Below, one piece after another: positions 61,265-64,000 of a stretch of 64,000 nt of DNA. The notes beneath the pieces were generated by a model, which worked only from the letters and a program-made list of their open reading frames with translations, did not search any database and was not told the origin of the DNA. Within the stretch, counting starts at the first letter, position 1. Every line of letters begins with the position of its first letter. The DNA is from Vulcanimicrobiota bacterium (GTDB lineage: Bacteria > Vulcanimicrobiota > Vulcanimicrobiia > Eremiobacterales > Eremiobacteraceae). The stretch spans positions 608,001-672,000 of the forward strand of contig CAWETU010000001.1 in assembly GCA_963812135.1 (NCBI GenBank), read 5' to 3'. A program made the position numbers and the translations under genes.

Positions 61265-62493
61265 GACGTGGGCAACAGTTTCACGACGCCGCTTTGATCG
61301 GTCGACGTGTCGAGCGTCGCCATCGATTCCGCCACCTGGCCCGCACGCGTCTTGTCGAGGTAGGTCTTGGCCTTGGCGACTTGCGTCGACAGGGAGTCGA
61401 CGGTCTGCTGCATGCTGTCGAGCGCCTTGATCTTGTAGTCGGAGATCATATCGAGCGTTTGGTAGATGTTGTCGAACGCGGTTTGCAGCTGCTGGACGCT
61501 GACCGTCGCGCTCGACGCCTGCTCGTAGATCTGGCCGCTCTGCTGTTTGAGCATCTGCGACGTGGACTCGATCATGTTGCCGGTCGTCGTGTTCAGCGCG
61601 GTGATCTGGTCGAGCACGAGCTTCTGGTTGCCAAGCGCCTGCGCTACGATGACCGCCGTGCGCAGCGCCGACACGGTCGTGGTCGTCGCGCGGTCCACGC
61701 CCTTGATGAGCTCGACGTTGTTGCGCTTCACGAGGTCGAGCGCCATGTAGCCCTGCAAGTTGACCGCCATCTGGGTGAGCAGATCGGTCTCTTTTTGGCG
61801 TGTGTAGAAGAGCACTTCTTCCTTGAGCACTTTGGCGCGCTGCGGGTCGGTCGTTTCGATGCCGGCGATCTTGGCGCTCAGCGCTGCGTCGAGCTTCTTG
61901 GCGAGATAGATGTACTGCTCGATCTTCTGCATGAGCGCCCACATCGTCGCCTTCTCTTGATCGATCGCCGCATCGTCCTTTTGCAGCTCGTCTTTGCTAT
62001 GGTAGAGCGTGTTGATGATCGCATTGAGGTGCGTCTGCGCGGATTGATAGCCCTCGAAATATGCCTCGAGCTTGTTGCCGAACGGGATGATGCCCAACAG
62101 CTTGCGCGGCGAGAACAGGTCGCCTTGCTTGGAAGGATCGAGGTCCTGGACCGTGTGGCTCAAGTCGATGAGCCCCTTGGAGATCTCCGAACTCTGGGTG
62201 AACGCACCGTGGCTCATCGTGTTCACGGGCCGCTGCAGGAGTCGGTTCGAGATCTGCGCCGAGGCGGCGACTTCGGCGTTGCCCATCGAGCTGCTCGCGT
62301 CGACGCGGTTCTGGAAATCCGGGCCGTTGATGTCGAGCGTGATCACTTGCTGCACGAAATCGGCCACTTGCGCGTCGAGCTTCGTCGCAGCCTCCGGCGT
62401 CACGGGCACCATCTGCGCCGCCTGGTCGGGCGCGACGGGCGCGATGGGGGCCGGCGCGACGAGTACCGGCGTTGCGGTCGGGTCCTGGTTCAT
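61261..62493 (-). CDS. Toxic anion resistance protein (TelA family)
   Basis: Long coiled-coil; NNVELIKGVDRATTTTVSALRTAV. Confidence 0.88.
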   Translation of the reverse strand: MNQDPTATPVLVAPAPIAPVAPDQAAQMVPVTPEAATKLDAQVADFVQQVITLDINGPDFQNRVDASSSMGNAEVAASAQISNRLLQRPVNTMSHGAFTQSSEISKGLIDLSHTVQDLDPSKQGDLFSPRKLLGIIPFGNKLEAYFEGYQSAQTHLNAIINTLYHSKDELQKDDAAIDQEKATMWALMQKIEQYIYLAKKLDAALSAKIAGIETTDPQRAKVLKEEVLFYTRQKETDLLTQMAVNLQGYMALDLVKRNNVELIKGVDRATTTTVSALRTAVIVAQALGNQKLVLDQITALNTTTGNMIESTSQMLKQQSGQIYEQASSATVSVQQLQTAFDNIYQTLDMISDYKIKALDSMQQTVDSLSTQVAKAKTYLDKTRAGQVAESMATLDTSTDQSGVVKLLPTS

Positions 62494-62506
62494 GACATTC
62501 GTCCTC

Positions 62507-63625
62507 TCATGAGTTGAACTTTGCTTCGATGCCTTTGATCATGCTCTCTAGGATGTCGTAGCTTGGTGGATCGATCACGTCAATCAACGTGTCGGGCATG
62601 TCGATGTCGTTCTTCTTCCAAAAGGCCTGCGTGTCGCTCGCGTTTGCAGTGCGCAGCCCGTGTTCGACGGCGAGCCGCTGCAGATCCGGGTCGATAGCGA
62701 GCAGGTGGCCGAGCTTGTCACCCTGGCGTCGAACGGGATGAAGATGTGTTTGGTGAACACAGTGGGCTGCGGATACAGCAGCACCATGTCGCCGTTGCGA
62801 TTGGTCTTGTGGGCCGCCTGATATTCGATGTACTGCGCCTCGTAGATCATGACGAGCGGCGCCTTGCCCATGCCCATCGCCAGATAATCCTCGAACGGTC
62901 CGGCCGTGCTGCCCTCTTGGTAGCCTTGGCGCAGGAACAAGTTGGCTGCTTTGGGCAGCACCGCGTCGACTTCGCCGCTGATCGTCCACGATCGAGTCGT
63001 TGTTGAAGACATAGCTCGCGAGCGCCAAGTACATCGCCGCCGAGTTGGACTTGCGCACGTCGGTGGTGGAGATGAGGATCGATTTGTTGATCGCGTAGTC
63101 GGGATTGTGCGAAAGATCGCGCCAGCGCTTGTCGGCGGCGATCTCGTCGAGCAGCCGCTTCATGTCGATGATGTAATAGTACTCGTTGCGCTTGCGTACG
63201 ATGCCGTTCGCGATGAGCACGTCCGCGATCGGTTTCCACGACGCGATCGCCATCGGCGTGAAGAACGGGCTCACCGATTTCTTCGCGCCGGTGACCGCCA
63301 TGATCTTTGTCGCGCCCGGCACGCCGGCCGGAAATGCGAAATCGTAGTTCTTGATGTCGGGGCGCGTCGCCATCTCGCGCGAGCCGACGGTCTCGACTTT
63401 GAGGTCGATGCCGTTGCGGCGCAACACATCGAGCACTTGCGGGTCGGTGAGATACTCTTTCTTCTCGGAGCCGATCAGCCCGGTCACCGTGACGATCTGG
63501 CTGGCGGCGTGTTGTGCCGCGCGCTCCGCCTGCGAACGATTCATCGAGACATAGACCGCGTAGCCCACCCCGACGATCAAAAGGATGAGCAAGAGCGGTC
63601 CTAAGACTCGCTGCGCGTTGGCCAT
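62507..63625 (-). CDS. Membrane-anchored solute-binding-like protein (compensating frameshifts near 62985 and 62722)
   Basis: IGSEK, PFFTPM, SNSAAMYLA; PFEDYLAMGMGKAPLVMIYE lies in the alternate frame. Confidence 0.8.
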   Translation of the reverse strand: MANAQRVLGPLLLILLIVGVGYAVYVSMNRSQAERAAQHAASQIVTVTGLIGSEKKEYLTDPQVLDVLRRNGIDLKVETVGSREMATRPDIKNYDFAFPAGVPGATKIMAVTGAKKSVSPFFTPMAIASWKPIADVLIANGIVRKRNEYYYIIDMKRLLDEIAADKRWRDLSHNPDYAINKSILISTTDVRKSNSAAMYLALASYVFNNDSIVDDQRRSRRGAAQSSQLVPAPRLPRGQHGRTVRGLSGDGHGQGAARHDLRGAVHRISGGPQDQSQRRHGAAVSAAHCVHQTHLHPVRRQGDKLGHLLAIDPDLQRLAVEHGLRTANASDTQAFWKKNDIDMPDTLIDVIDPPSYDILESMIKGIEAKFNS

Positions 63626-63641
63626 GAAGATGGAATTCCTT

Positions 63642-63838
63642 TACTACGTGCCTGCGGCACTACCGGAGCGCTGAGAGCGTCCGCGCACCTCTACCCGCTC
63701 TTCAAAGCGAGTGTTGCAGCCGCGTGGTTCGCGTCTTGACGGGCCGGGACATTTGAGGCCGGGACGGCGTCAATCGTACCGCTGGTTGAACGCTCCGAGC
63801 ACCAGCGGCCACGGCCATCCACTTACTCTGCGCTGCAA
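63642..63838 (-). ncRNA. Candidate structured 5' leader RNA of the telA/vWA operon
   Basis: Nested stems forming a three-way junction plus downstream hairpins; G-U pairing favours the minus strand. Confidence 0.4.
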
Positions 63839-63850
63839 AGTCAAGGCGGA

Positions 63851-64000
63851 TCAGCGGCGGCAGCACACCTCGAGCTTATTGCCGTCAGGGTCTTCGAAGA
63901 ACACCGCGTAGTACGGTTGACTGTAGTCCGGGCACTCCATCGGACCCTCGATGTTGCGCGCGCCGATCGACGCCAGCAACGCGCCGATGCGATCGACGTC
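63851..64000 (-). CDS. VOC/glyoxalase family protein (3' part, 5' truncated)
   Basis: PYYAVFFEDPDGNKLEVCCRR*. Confidence 0.85.
   Translation of the reverse strand, partial: DVDRIGALLASIGARNIEGPMECPDYSQPYYAVFFEDPDGNKLEVCCRR

Noticed and set aside
63661..63700. TPP riboswitch (GCTGAGAG)
   Set aside because: Lacks the ACCTGATC...AGG core and is on the wrong strand for the downstream operon

Overview
GC-rich bacterial chromosomal segment. Its gene content and secreted-protein families suggest Eremiobacterota/WPS-2 (inference only). It carries: (1) selenocysteine machinery (tRNA-Sec selC at 4205-4298; gyrA-trxA-selA-selB-msrA run) bracketing an arsenic-resistance operon and thiol-redox genes; (2) tsaE-tsaB-rimI-yqeK-rsfS; (3) a PadR-led acyl-CoA operon (thiolase, split 3-hydroxyacyl-CoA dehydrogenase, crotonase, acyl-CoA dehydrogenase, EtfB, ferredoxin-fused EtfA); (4) a surface-protein cluster with two heavily frameshifted S53-like proteases; (5) an Xre/RES toxin-antitoxin pair, comEA, leuS and comEC; (6) a TelA/vWA operon. 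Scattered frameshifts suggest residual long-read indel errors. The most notable signals are missing from the ORF track: four paralogous 22-23 aa hydrophobic microproteins (LVLILLxVxGHLxL) in two tandem pairs flanking comEC, one pair next to a LexA box and the other with SigB/SigF-type promoters; a possible selenoprotein (in-frame TGA at 37084); GTAG-type REP-like palindromes inside the selB and etfB reading frames; and a highly structured ~200-nt leader upstream of the TelA/vWA operon.
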